Source of the DNA: an uncultured Alphaproteobacteria bacterium
GTDB lineage: Bacteria > Pseudomonadota > Alphaproteobacteria > RF32 > CAG-239
Assembly: GCA_944393205.1 (NCBI GenBank)
Contig: CALXZI010000004.1
Location: 1-62,777 of the forward strand
Direction: 5' to 3'
Length of the DNA: 62,777 nt
The notes under the pieces were generated by a model, which ran no database searches, was not told where the DNA came from, and saw only the letters and a program-made list of their open reading frames with translations. Shown here piece after piece: positions 49,637 through 59,557 of the stretch. Both the position numbers and the translations under genes were made by a program. How positions within the stretch are numbered: position 1 is the stretch's first letter; the number at the start of each line of letters is the position of its first letter.

Positions 49637-50614
49637 ATGTCTATCATACCCGAAAGATTGAAAAAAGGCGATAAAATCATGGTGATTGCGCCTTCGCGCG
49701 GTTTAAAACTCATTGGTGCCGATTGTCGGCAGATTGCCGAAGAACGCTTGGGAAGTTTGGGTTTGACGGTTGAATTTGCTCCGAACACCACCGATGATAA
49801 TTTTGATATAACGATGTCAGCTTCGGTAGAAAAACGGGCGGCGGATATTATGACGGCTTTTGCCGACAAATCGGTTAAGGCGGTTTTGACGGTTATCGGC
49901 GGTTTTAACTCCAACCAACTGATACGGCATTTGGATTATGAGATTATCCGCAAAAATCCGAAAATCTTTATGGGTTTTTCCGATATTACCGCTTTGCATA
50001 CGGCGATTTATGCCCAGACAGGTTTGGTGACTTATTACGGTCCGCATTACAGCTCGCTGGGCATGAAGAAAGGTTGCGAATATACTTTAGAAAACATGGT
50101 TAACACTTTGTTTGAAGGTGGAAAGCGCGAAATTTTGCCTTCGGCGGAATGGAGCGATGACGCTTGGTTTTTGGATCAGGATAAGAGAGAATTTATCAAA
50201 AACGAAGGTTGGTGGCAAATCCAAGGCGGAACAGCTAAAGGAACAATTATCGGCGGCAATTTATGCACGTTTATTTTACATCTCGGTACGCCGTATCGGC
50301 CGAAGTTTGAAAAAGACACGATTTTGTTTTTGGAAGACGACGAAGAGTCGCACTTGTTGAATTTTGAGCGTAATTTACAGGCGTTGATTAATCAAGAAGA
50401 TTTTAAAAATGTCAAAGGTTTGGTTATCGGGCGTTTTCAAAAGGCTTCCAAAGTTACGCGCGAAAAGCTGGATTTTATCTTAAAAAACAAGCCGGAACTT
50501 AAAAATATGCCGATTATTGCCAATATTGACATGGGACACACGACGCCGATTAATACCATTGCTCTCGGCGGTTATGCAGAAATCAGAGATGGACGCATTT
50601 TTGTAGAAGGTTAA
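49637..50614 (+). CDS. LD-carboxypeptidase (peptidase S66, MccF/LdcA-like)
   Basis: 'GDKIMVIAPS', 'GGFNSNQL' and the nucleophile motif 'GFSDITALH', plus a C-terminal 'MGHT' His. GAGGAGG RBS. Confidence 0.85.
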   Translation: MSIIPERLKKGDKIMVIAPSRGLKLIGADCRQIAEERLGSLGLTVEFAPNTTDDNFDITMSASVEKRAADIMTAFADKSVKAVLTVIGGFNSNQLIRHLDYEIIRKNPKIFMGFSDITALHTAIYAQTGLVTYYGPHYSSLGMKKGCEYTLENMVNTLFEGGKREILPSAEWSDDAWFLDQDKREFIKNEGWWQIQGGTAKGTIIGGNLCTFILHLGTPYRPKFEKDTILFLEDDEESHLLNFERNLQALINQEDFKNVKGLVIGRFQKASKVTREKLDFILKNKPELKNMPIIANIDMGHTTPINTIALGGYAEIRDGRIFVEG

Positions 50615-50722
50615 AGTTTTTCTACAATTGTTTTTTTGAATTATGCTTATAATAAATAACAGTTGCATATTCGGTAATTTTGTTTCATATTAACCTTGAT
50701 AACATATTAAAAATAAATAATT

Positions 50723-51085
50723 ATGGAAACATTTGAGAGAGAAAGAATTCCAACCGAATTACAACAAAAGGAATTGCAAAAACGTCAGAATATTATGCGT
50801 CATTTGCAAAAGGTTCGCGATGAAATAGATTGGTTGAGCGAATCTTCAATGTATAATGAACCACATATGTCGCGTTTGTTACTTATAGAAGACAAGCTTG
50901 AAAAGCTTTTGCAGAAATCTTTTGAATCAGCAAACAGCGAGGAGCGGAATCTTAAAGAACTGGCCGATGATAGAGCATCGGGTGATAAGTTTGATGCTAC
51001 AGCAGCATTGATAGATGAACTAATTGAGCCACGCCCGTATCGTCCCCGTGATTTTGTTAAGGAATCTTTTATTCCTTTAAATTAA
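50723..51085 (+). CDS. Small charged, probably helical hypothetical protein
   Basis: ORF followed by a strong hairpin. No RBS and no family. Confidence 0.45.
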   Translation: METFERERIPTELQQKELQKRQNIMRHLQKVRDEIDWLSESSMYNEPHMSRLLLIEDKLEKLLQKSFESANSEERNLKELADDRASGDKFDATAALIDELIEPRPYRPRDFVKESFIPLN

Positions 51086-51087
51086 AA

Positions 51088-51114
51088 AGAAAGCTCCCGA
51101 CAAGGGAGCTTTCT
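51088..51114 (+). terminator. 11-bp perfect hairpin terminator
   Basis: AGAAAGCTCCC-GACAA-GGGAGCTTTCT. Confidence 0.6.
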
Positions 51115-51205
51115 TGCGGTTTATGCCTTTATTGCAATAGGATTTGACAGAATTTTAAATTTTAGATATAATAAATTTAAGTTGTTTATATTCAGGTATA
51201 AGAAG

Positions 51206-52678
51206 ATGAAAAGTAATCCGGCCGCATTTTTAAAATCAGAATATGAAGCTGCCAATGTAGATCCTGTTTTTATGCGTCTGCATGGTAAAAAATATCTTGT
51301 TCCTTACCCATATGTCCGCGATTATAAAGATTACCAAAAAGCATTTTTGAATGATTTTTTTGATATCATGCGCCGCGATTATTTGGCATATCAAAAACAT
51401 AATGTTCCGGTGCAATATATCAGTTGGCACGATAATGACAAACACCGCAAGCTGGTTGTTCCTTATGATTTACGCAATAAGGAAGTTTCACCGCAAGAAG
51501 TTGCCAATCGGATTTTTAAACGTGCTGAAAAAAAATATATTAAAGCCGTTCGTTTGGCCGTGGAGTTAGCAGAAGCATATCCGGAGCGTCCTTATCAAAC
51601 GTTAATTAGTATTGCCCATGTGCGGGACATGCAAAAAGCTCGTTATGAACACCAGTTAAAGCAGGCGCGCGATAAAGCCATATACATTACAAAAAAGGTC
51701 GGGCATTTTTTGGCGCAAAATGCGGTTAAAGCGACCAACAATATCAAAAATATGGATGTGGAAAAACTCAAAATCAAGGCACGGCGGTGGGCCGTGGGTG
51801 TGATGTTGACCACAACCATTACCGGTGCTGTTTATACGGCATTTCAGATTAATGAAAAGCAAGCTGAAAAGAAGGAGATTCAAGCTAAAGATCCACTGGG
51901 GCATATGCAAATGTTTGAGCGATGCCACGATGCAATTAAAGCTAGTCTGGCTTTTGCTGAAAATTTTGCCGGTAGTACATTTAAAGATGGAGAAGGCGTG
52001 CCAACCATTGGTTACGGCTGTACTTATTATTTAGATGCCGAAGGCAAAGGCAGCCGTGAGGTTTCGCCGGTTAAAATGGGCGATAAAATTACAATGGAAG
52101 AGGCCAACACGCAAAAAGAACGTTATTTGCAATTTGAAATTTTGAAACAAGTTCAAGAATATGTCAAAGTTCCGATGGATGAAGAAACCACAATTGCAAC
52201 TTATAATTTTGCATACGTTTTGGGTTCAACCAATTTCAGAAAATCGGAATACCTCAAAGCCTTAAATGAAGGGAAAAAAGGTGAGGAGTTGGTGCGCTAT
52301 CTGACAGGTTTCAGGGTGCAAAAGGGCTTGTTGCCGAGATTTTATTTTATGGGAGCTTTACTTAACGGTAAGATGAAAGTTTCCGATTTTATGGATTTGA
52401 CGGCTGAAGGGTGTTATAACTTAAAAACACGCGATGTTTGTTTGTATGAAAAAGGAAAATTAAAACTTGATAAAGACGGCTTTGCGTATTTTTGTTATGA
52501 TGAGTTGAAAAAAAATATTGAAAAGGCCAAGAAATCACGCCGAAGCAAGGCTTGTGGCGGTGAAAAATGTCCTAAAGTCAGAGAAATTCTGCCACAAACG
52601 GTTCTAGACGGCGTATATGAGATGGAAAACTCAAAAGCACGTATATATTATGCCGATAATATGAGTTTAAGCCGTTAA
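51206..52678 (+). CDS. Bitopic membrane protein with a C-terminal T4-lysozyme-like (GH24) domain and an uncharacterised N-terminal domain
   Basis: Central transmembrane helix 'WAVGVMLTTTITGAVYTAF'. Downstream 'AENFAGSTFKDGEGVPTIGYG' has E-x8-D-x5-T spacing followed by IGYG, as in T4 lysozyme E11/D20/T26. The track start at 51182 is TTG; the ATG is at 51206. Confidence 0.6.
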   Translation: MKSNPAAFLKSEYEAANVDPVFMRLHGKKYLVPYPYVRDYKDYQKAFLNDFFDIMRRDYLAYQKHNVPVQYISWHDNDKHRKLVVPYDLRNKEVSPQEVANRIFKRAEKKYIKAVRLAVELAEAYPERPYQTLISIAHVRDMQKARYEHQLKQARDKAIYITKKVGHFLAQNAVKATNNIKNMDVEKLKIKARRWAVGVMLTTTITGAVYTAFQINEKQAEKKEIQAKDPLGHMQMFERCHDAIKASLAFAENFAGSTFKDGEGVPTIGYGCTYYLDAEGKGSREVSPVKMGDKITMEEANTQKERYLQFEILKQVQEYVKVPMDEETTIATYNFAYVLGSTNFRKSEYLKALNEGKKGEELVRYLTGFRVQKGLLPRFYFMGALLNGKMKVSDFMDLTAEGCYNLKTRDVCLYEKGKLKLDKDGFAYFCYDELKKNIEKAKKSRRSKACGGEKCPKVREILPQTVLDGVYEMENSKARIYYADNMSLSR

Positions 52679-52692
52679 AATCTTTGATTGCC

Positions 52693-53733
52693 CTAAAATA
52701 AAATGTCTTTTGGGTTGGTGACGGGTTTGTTGATTTTCCGGTAAATATAAACAGCAATCGGAACCCCGAGCAACATACCCCAAAGGCCAATCATGGCGTG
52801 GGCAATATATAAAATGATAAGCGTCATGACCGGATTGATATGCATAAACGATGATACAATTCGTGGGTTTAAGACATAAGCTTCCAACAGATGAATAGCA
52901 ATAATCATTAATAAAGCCCATAGGCCGAGTGCCATACCACCGTTGTTGATGGCCATTAAAATAATCGGAACCGAAGAAATCCACATTCCCAATACCGGAA
53001 TGAGGCCGCACATAAAAACAATTGTGCATAACAAGGCGATGGCATTAATATCTAAAAAATACAAACCGATGGCGGTTAATACGGTGTTGATGGCGGAAAT
53101 TAGCAACTGGGCACGGAAATTTTCGCCGACAACTTTGGCAAACAAGATGATACTGTCAGCCGTTTCCCGATAATATTCGGCCAATCGGGTAAAACGCAAA
53201 CGGCGCATTCCGCGCGAAAGTTCCGGCAAATCAAACATAATGAGGAAACTAAACAGCATGGCCAGAAAAAACCATCCGAAATAATGCAAACCTTTTTCAA
53301 GCAATCCGCGAACAATGTTCCAAGCACTAACGACAACAGTTTCCGGCGACAGAGCTTCTTTGATTTGCGGCAGAAGCGGGGCCACTATTTCATTCTGGCT
53401 TAAATTGTCGTCAAACCATATACGAACCGAAGATATGCTTTTCGGCAGTTGCTCGGTGAAATTGATGGCTTCAGATAAAAGCCGTGGCGGAATAAACACT
53501 AAAAACGCACAAACACCCATTAAAAATAAAATATAGATACTGATAACAATGGTGCGGCGGTTAAAATGATACTTGCGACGGATCTTATGGGTGATGCTTG
53601 AAGCAATAAAGCACATGATGAATGTGATAAAAACAAGACCAAACATATTGCGGAACATATACAGCAGGCCTAAAAAAACACCCCAAATAAAATAAACTCG
53701 GTTGGTGCGAATAAACTCTGATATATTCAACAT
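52693..53733 (-). CDS. AI-2E family transporter (PerM/YhhT-like)
   Basis: About 8 transmembrane helices. 'GLIPVLGMWISSVPIILMA' and 'LLEAYVLNPRIVS' fit the AI-2E signature. AAAGGA RBS before the ATG at 53733. Confidence 0.85.
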   Translation of the reverse strand: MLNISEFIRTNRVYFIWGVFLGLLYMFRNMFGLVFITFIMCFIASSITHKIRRKYHFNRRTIVISIYILFLMGVCAFLVFIPPRLLSEAINFTEQLPKSISSVRIWFDDNLSQNEIVAPLLPQIKEALSPETVVVSAWNIVRGLLEKGLHYFGWFFLAMLFSFLIMFDLPELSRGMRRLRFTRLAEYYRETADSIILFAKVVGENFRAQLLISAINTVLTAIGLYFLDINAIALLCTIVFMCGLIPVLGMWISSVPIILMAINNGGMALGLWALLMIIAIHLLEAYVLNPRIVSSFMHINPVMTLIILYIAHAMIGLWGMLLGVPIAVYIYRKINKPVTNPKDILF

Positions 53734-53803
53734 CGCGTTTAATCCTTTCGGCTTGAAAATATTTATATTTATACCGATACCCCCAAGATGGTTTTTATGC
53801 AAG

Positions 53804-53835
53804 TAAAAAAGGATGTTTTTACAAAAAACATCCTC
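53804..53835 (-). terminator. Intrinsic terminator after ackA
   Basis: Minus strand reads GGATGTTTTT-GT-AAAAACATCC followed by TTTTTT. Confidence 0.6.
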
Positions 53836-53862
53836 AAATTGACAGTTTACAAAGTGTTGTTA

Positions 53863-55050
53863 TTAATTTTGACCGAAGACGAGTTTCATGGTGTCTTTGG
53901 CAATCATTAATTCTTCATCGGTTGGAATAACGAACACATGAACTTTGGAATCGGGTGTGGATATTTCCAAAGTTTGGCCACGTTTTTGATTATTTTCTTC
54001 ATTTAATGCAATACCAAGATATGCCAAACGTTCTACCACCAGTTTACGTACGATGGAACCGTTTTCCCCCACACCGGCCGTAAAGACAATAGCGTCCACG
54101 CCGCCCAAAATGGCGATGTAAGCGCCGATAAAACGTAAAATCGTATGAACATACACGTTCATAGCATCAATGGCATCCTGTTCACCATTGAGATAACGGG
54201 TTTCAACATCACGATTGTCGGAAAAACCGCAAATGCCCAACATGCCGCTTTGCTTGTTCATTAAAGTGTTAACTTCATCAATGGTCTTATTTTGAGTCTT
54301 CATGATGTACAGTGGAATGTAGGGATCAATATCGCCGCAGCGTGTGCCCATCACAATGCCGGCTAAAGGCGTAAAGCCCATGGATGTGTCAATGCATTTG
54401 CCGTTTTCAACCGCGGTAATTGAAGCGCCGTTGCCCAAATGGCAGGTAATGATTTTACCTTTTTTGCCAATCAAATCAGCCGCTTTTTGTGCCACATAGG
54501 CATGGGAAGTACCGTGAAATCCGTAGCGACGAATTTTGTATTCGGTATATTGTTCTTTAGGTAAGGCGTACAGATAAGCCTCTTTAGGCATTGTTTGATG
54601 AAAAGCCGTATCAAAGACCACGACTTGCGGAATGTCGGGCAAGAACTTTTTTACGGCTCTGATGCCAGCAACACTGGCCGGATTATGCAATGGTGCCAAT
54701 TCGGAAAGCTGTTCAATTTCTTCAATTACTTTTTCATTCACCAAAGCAGAGGTCTTAAAAATTTCACCGCCATGGACAATTCTATGACCGACGGCGCTTA
54801 ATTCGTCCATACTTTTCAACGGCCCGCCTAATAAAATTTGCAGAACTTCGCTGATGGCTTCCGTGTGCGTGGGAAGTTCTACATCTTTGGTTTGTTTGTT
54901 CTCGCCGATTTTTAATGTGACAAATGAACCGTGAATACCGATTCTATCAGCCACACCCTTGGCCAAAACCTCATAATTACCATTGTTGACGTCAAACAAT
55001 TGATATTTCAACGATGATGAACCTGAATTTAATACTAAAATTTTTTCCAT
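53863..55050 (-). CDS. ackA: Acetate kinase
   Basis: 'KILVLNSGSSSLKYQLF', 'VGHRIVHGG', 'FDTAFHQTMP', 'RRYGFHGTSH' and 'CHLGNGASI'. The ATG at 55050, not the track start at 55140. Confidence 0.95.
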   Translation of the reverse strand: MEKILVLNSGSSSLKYQLFDVNNGNYEVLAKGVADRIGIHGSFVTLKIGENKQTKDVELPTHTEAISEVLQILLGGPLKSMDELSAVGHRIVHGGEIFKTSALVNEKVIEEIEQLSELAPLHNPASVAGIRAVKKFLPDIPQVVVFDTAFHQTMPKEAYLYALPKEQYTEYKIRRYGFHGTSHAYVAQKAADLIGKKGKIITCHLGNGASITAVENGKCIDTSMGFTPLAGIVMGTRCGDIDPYIPLYIMKTQNKTIDEVNTLMNKQSGMLGICGFSDNRDVETRYLNGEQDAIDAMNVYVHTILRFIGAYIAILGGVDAIVFTAGVGENGSIVRKLVVERLAYLGIALNEENNQKRGQTLEISTPDSKVHVFVIPTDEELMIAKDTMKLVFGQN

Positions 55051-55069
55051 GTTTTTTTCCTTAAAAATT

Positions 55070-56080
55070 TTATTTTTGTTGATGTGTGGCCTGTAAACAG
55101 GTAATAGCGATGACACCGGCGATATCTTCGGCGAATGCACCGCGTGATAAATCGTTTATCGGAGCGTTTAAGCCTTGCAGCATCGGACCGTACGCCTCGC
55201 ATCCGCCCAAACGCTGTAAAAGTTTATAACCGATGTTTCCGGCTTCAATATTTGGAAAAATCAGAACTCTGGCAGAACCGGCAACTTGGCTATCCGGCGC
55301 TTTTTTCTTGGCGACGACTTTGTCTAAAGCGGCATCGGCCTGCATCTCGCCGTCAATTTCAATGCCCAACCCCTGATATTCCGGTGCTTTTAGTGCTTGT
55401 TGCGCCAAAGCGGTTGCGTTACGGACTTTGTCTACGGTTTCACCTTTACCGGAACCACGTGTGGAAAATGATAACATGGCGATTTTGGGAGCAATGTCAA
55501 ACTGAAGAGCGGTTTCGGCGGCAGTTAAGGCAATGTCGGCCAACTCCTTTTCATTGGGGTTTATAATTACGCCGCAATCGGAAAACAGATAAGGGGTGTC
55601 ATTAGCAATCATAATTAAAAAAGAGGAAACGCCACGGTCTTTACGTGCTGATTTGATGATTTGTAACGCCGGACGAACGGTATCGGCCGTGGAATGGTTG
55701 GCCCCCGAAACCATGCCGTCAGCGTGGCCGGCCTTGACCATTAATGTGCCAAAGTATGTGTAATCGCGTGCGGTTTGTTCGGCTTGTTCGTAAGTCATGC
55801 CTTTTTCTTTACGCAGATTAAAAAGCAAATCAGTATATTCTTTTAAATGCGGCGAATTTTCAGGTTGTATAACCTCAATGTTATCCATACTCCAACCGTT
55901 TTCGGAAAAATAAGTTGCAATATGGTCTTTTGGGCCGAAAATAACTAATTTTGCCGCATTGGCTCCGGCGATGATGTGTGCTGCTTTTAAAACGCGTTCA
56001 TCCTCTCCTTCGGGAAGGACTATCTTTTTGATATTTTGTGATGCTTTGTTGATTAAACTGTTCAAATATTTTGTTAACAT
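55070..56080 (-). CDS. pta: Phosphate acetyltransferase (short, PTA_PTB-only form)
   Basis: 'IVLPEGEDERVLKAA', 'HADGMVSGANHSTADTVRPALQII' and 'GPMLQGLNAPINDLSRG'. GAGGG RBS before the ATG at 56080. 19 nt upstream of ackA. Confidence 0.93.
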   Translation of the reverse strand: MLTKYLNSLINKASQNIKKIVLPEGEDERVLKAAHIIAGANAAKLVIFGPKDHIATYFSENGWSMDNIEVIQPENSPHLKEYTDLLFNLRKEKGMTYEQAEQTARDYTYFGTLMVKAGHADGMVSGANHSTADTVRPALQIIKSARKDRGVSSFLIMIANDTPYLFSDCGVIINPNEKELADIALTAAETALQFDIAPKIAMLSFSTRGSGKGETVDKVRNATALAQQALKAPEYQGLGIEIDGEMQADAALDKVVAKKKAPDSQVAGSARVLIFPNIEAGNIGYKLLQRLGGCEAYGPMLQGLNAPINDLSRGAFAEDIAGVIAITCLQATHQQK

Positions 56081-56232
56081 ATTAAACCCTCGGATTATAG
56101 ATTGAAAAACATAAATATATTGCAATTAATCACTATCTTCGGAAAATGTCCATAAAAAAGTTTTGATTTTTACAGGAATCTATAATAACATTTAGCATCA
56201 TCGGTTTTTTTATAAAAAAGGCATATCGGAAG

Positions 56233-57264
56233 ATGAAAGTATTGAGCATATTGTTTTTTCTTGTTCTTATGGCCGTGTCGTTGCCGGTCGTAGCAGATGT
56301 CAGTTTTGAAGCCGGTGTTAATGTGGCAACAGAAGCTGAAAATGCTTCATTGGCCAAAGACGAGGCTATGAAAAAAGCTAACAGAGAAGCTTTTTTAAAT
56401 GTCGCTTCCCGTTTGACTACCGAGGACAATGTTCAAAAACTTAATGAACTGACCGATGAACAGCTTCTGCATTTTATTCGTGAAGTTTATGTTGTTTCGG
56501 AGCATAGCGGAACCACTACTTATCGTGCGGATCTCAATATTAAGATTAATGAAAAATTATTAAAACAATATATGCAAGAAAACAATATGCTGGAAGTGGT
56601 GGCCGCACCGGCAAAAATTTTGATTATTCCGGTTTACAGCGATACCGCATATCCCGATAAAGTGGTTTGGGAAGATGGTAATCTTTGGCGGAAAGCATGG
56701 TTGGATAAAGGTCTGATTAAATCTGGCGCGTATGATTTTCTTGTTATTGCCGACACGCAAGGTAACCGATCGGCGTTTCCGGCCGGTCGTTTAGATAAAA
56801 CGGCTTATGATAAACTCTTATTTATTAATCATGTTAAAGATATATTTACGGTCAATGCCGTTCGTGCCGGCCGCAACACTCTGGTCGTCGTTGTCCGGAC
56901 CTATCCGGAAACAAATGAAAAGCGCCTGCTTATTACCGATGAAAACGGCGATACTTTTGATAAAGCCATTGCAGCAACGGTTGGATATATTACCGCGGAA
57001 ATGGAAGGGAAAAATTTGCAAGAAAACAGTCGGCAGGGAAGCTTGGATATCGTTTATCGGTTTGATAAGCTTCCGGATTGGTTTGCCGCAGAAAAGCGTC
57101 TTAATAAAATACCGCAGATAAAATCTGTGCAGACAACAGCCATCGGCAATCACCAAGTGAAAATAAGGGTTGAATTTTCCGGTTCGGAAAGTCGTTTACG
57201 CTCGTCTCTGGAAAATTCCGGATTATATTTACAAAGTAATAACGGGCAATATTTTTTAAGATAA
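56233..57264 (+). CDS. Secreted hypothetical protein, 343 aa
   Basis: Signal peptide 'ILFFLVLMAVSLPVVA'. No family recognised. 9 nt upstream of the next gene. Confidence 0.5.
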   Translation: MKVLSILFFLVLMAVSLPVVADVSFEAGVNVATEAENASLAKDEAMKKANREAFLNVASRLTTEDNVQKLNELTDEQLLHFIREVYVVSEHSGTTTYRADLNIKINEKLLKQYMQENNMLEVVAAPAKILIIPVYSDTAYPDKVVWEDGNLWRKAWLDKGLIKSGAYDFLVIADTQGNRSAFPAGRLDKTAYDKLLFINHVKDIFTVNAVRAGRNTLVVVVRTYPETNEKRLLITDENGDTFDKAIAATVGYITAEMEGKNLQENSRQGSLDIVYRFDKLPDWFAAEKRLNKIPQIKSVQTTAIGNHQVKIRVEFSGSESRLRSSLENSGLYLQSNNGQYFLR

Positions 57265-57273
57265 GGAAATAAT

Positions 57274-58494
57274 ATGGATAAGAGAAATACGCCGACAGCG
57301 GCTATGGAAACGCAATTGTTGAAAAATGTCGCAAAATATCGTCAGAATGCTGATAAAAAAACGAAGGCGGAGAGTGAAGTTGTTAAAACAAAAACACATA
57401 CATCTATGCCAATACGACAACGGATGACTAACATAAAAGTTCCGAGCGGACACAATTGGCAGATTTGGCTGGCTTTATTTTTACTGTTTTGTGTGGCTAT
57501 TTATGTGCTGCGTTCCGTTTTGATGCCTTTTGCTGCCGGTATCGTACTGGGCTATTTGTTTGACCCGTTGGCGACACGGTTTGAGAAATGGGGAATGTCA
57601 CGGGTGTGGGCAACGGTTTTAGTGTTTATTGTGGTGATTTTGATTGCCGTGCCGGCAATTATATTGATATTTGGCATGGTTAATGAACAGTTGAGCTTGT
57701 TTGTGGAGGCGGCTCCGGGGTATATATCCTCTTTTATTAAACGTGCTGAACCGATTTTAGCCGGCCTTCAAGAACGTTTTCCGAGTTTGGAAATTGCCAA
57801 CATTAAAACCATGATAAAAGAAAACATGACCAGCGGTTTACAATTTGGAGGCAAGCTTTTGAAAGGGCTGATCAATAATGGTTTTGCTCTTATAAATTTG
57901 ATTTCTTTGTTGTTGGTGACGCCGGTGGTTGCTTTTTATATGTTGCGTGATTGGGACAAGTTTGTCGCCAAAGTGGACAACTTGTTGCCGCGCAAATCAA
58001 AAAAGGTAATTCGCGAACAATTTCGGCAGATTGATAGGGCTTTGTCCGGATTTATTCGTGGACAATTGAGCGTTTGTGTAATCTTGGGCACTTACTATTC
58101 GGTTGGATTAAAGATTGTCGGCTTGGAATTAGGGGTTTTGGTCGGTTTCTTGGCCGGTTTAATCTCTTTTATTCCTTACGTCGGCAGTATTTCCGGTTTT
58201 GTCATCAGTATTATTTTGGCTTTGGCGCAATTTAATGATTATACCAAGGTGTTGGAAGTCGTGATTGTGTTTGCCAGCGGACAATTTATTGAAGGCAATT
58301 TCCTCACGCCGAAATTGGTTGGTGATAATGTCGGTCTGCATCCGGTATGGGTGATGTTTGCATTGCTCGCCGGCGGTGTGTTGTTGGGCTTTTTGGGATT
58401 GCTGATTGCCGTGCCGGTGGCGGCGATAATCGGCGTTTTGACTCGTTATGCCATTAATAATTATAAGCAAAGCAATCTGTATTTGGAAGAATAA
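57274..58494 (+). CDS. AI-2E family transporter (second paralogue)
   Basis: 'SFIPYVGSISGFVISIILA' and 'GQFIEGNFLTPKLVGDNVGLHPV'. About 8 transmembrane helices. AAGGAA RBS. Confidence 0.88.
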   Translation: MDKRNTPTAAMETQLLKNVAKYRQNADKKTKAESEVVKTKTHTSMPIRQRMTNIKVPSGHNWQIWLALFLLFCVAIYVLRSVLMPFAAGIVLGYLFDPLATRFEKWGMSRVWATVLVFIVVILIAVPAIILIFGMVNEQLSLFVEAAPGYISSFIKRAEPILAGLQERFPSLEIANIKTMIKENMTSGLQFGGKLLKGLINNGFALINLISLLLVTPVVAFYMLRDWDKFVAKVDNLLPRKSKKVIREQFRQIDRALSGFIRGQLSVCVILGTYYSVGLKIVGLELGVLVGFLAGLISFIPYVGSISGFVISIILALAQFNDYTKVLEVVIVFASGQFIEGNFLTPKLVGDNVGLHPVWVMFALLAGGVLLGFLGLLIAVPVAAIIGVLTRYAINNYKQSNLYLEE

Positions 58495-58512
58495 ATATTT
58501 TATCGCCTATAC

Positions 58513-58543
58513 AAAAAAGCGGCTTTTATTAAAGCCGCTTTTT
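58513..58543. terminator. Bidirectional intrinsic terminator
   Basis: AAAGCGGCTTT-TATT-AAAGCCGCTTT with flanking A and T runs. Confidence 0.75.
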
Positions 58544-58558
58544 ACTGATTTGTCTTTA

Positions 58559-59542
58559 TTAACGGGATTTTCCGTTTCCGTAACCTTTTATGCGGGCAGC
58601 TTCTCGGCAAATATTTCTGGCATTAATAAATTTATCATGTTCTTTTGCGGCGTGCTCGGCTTCTTTGAACATGCCTTCTGCCCGATATAAAGGAATAAGT
58701 TTATTCAAGATACTTTTCTTTTCGTTAAATTTGCGTTGGCGCCCCCAATCTTGGTGGTTGACAAGATTTAACAGTTCCTCATAAAGCGCAATGATGCTCT
58801 TGTTATCATCAGCCATCGGAAGTTCGTCGTCACGTATTTGTTCATAACGATATTGAGCCGCCATCTTTTTTTCGTATTTTGCATTTTCTTTTTCTTGCAT
58901 ATAAGCTTCAGACAATTGTTTTTTTAGACGGGTATAATCATACTGCTGATGATTGACGGTTTTTCTCTCAATTTCCAATAACAAAGCGTAACGTTCTTTG
59001 GCCGGAATCGGACTCATAAAATATTCCATGCGGCGGGCGGAAATATTAAGCGGGTTATGGTCAAAAGAACCATCGTTTTGTTTGATTTCTTTGACCTTTT
59101 GTTTTAATACGGCGAAACGAATTTGTTTGTTTTCCGGTGCGTACTGTTCATATATGCTGTATATATGGTTTAAAATTTCTTGTCGGGCAACGGTGTTTTT
59201 TCCGCCGTCATTGGGAATGTTTTTCAATATTTTTTTGAAATTATATACAGTTTGCAACATCAGTTGATCGTCATGACAGTCCGCATCAATTGCATATCTG
59301 TCGGCCATGGTTTTTTCTATCAGAATGACCTCATCGCGGTATTTTTCCGGTAGATGTTCATACAAATGTTGCCATTGTTCTTTACTACCAGAAAATGTTT
59401 CATTTTTCGGTGTTAAGCCGGCTAATGTACACAGAGTAGGCCAATATTTCGGTTTACCGTCTATCGCCAATTCACCACATATGGACGCACAGCGGTATTC
59501 ATTAAAAATTTCAGATTGCGGTGCATGGTCGGTTAGGGGCAT
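58559..59542 (-). CDS. Hypothetical protein, 327 aa, downstream of the GNAT gene
   Basis: GGAGGAG RBS. 15 nt after the GNAT stop. No family recognised. Confidence 0.5.
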   Translation of the reverse strand: MPLTDHAPQSEIFNEYRCASICGELAIDGKPKYWPTLCTLAGLTPKNETFSGSKEQWQHLYEHLPEKYRDEVILIEKTMADRYAIDADCHDDQLMLQTVYNFKKILKNIPNDGGKNTVARQEILNHIYSIYEQYAPENKQIRFAVLKQKVKEIKQNDGSFDHNPLNISARRMEYFMSPIPAKERYALLLEIERKTVNHQQYDYTRLKKQLSEAYMQEKENAKYEKKMAAQYRYEQIRDDELPMADDNKSIIALYEELLNLVNHQDWGRQRKFNEKKSILNKLIPLYRAEGMFKEAEHAAKEHDKFINARNICREAARIKGYGNGKSR

Positions 59543-59557
59543 TTTAAACTCCTCCGG

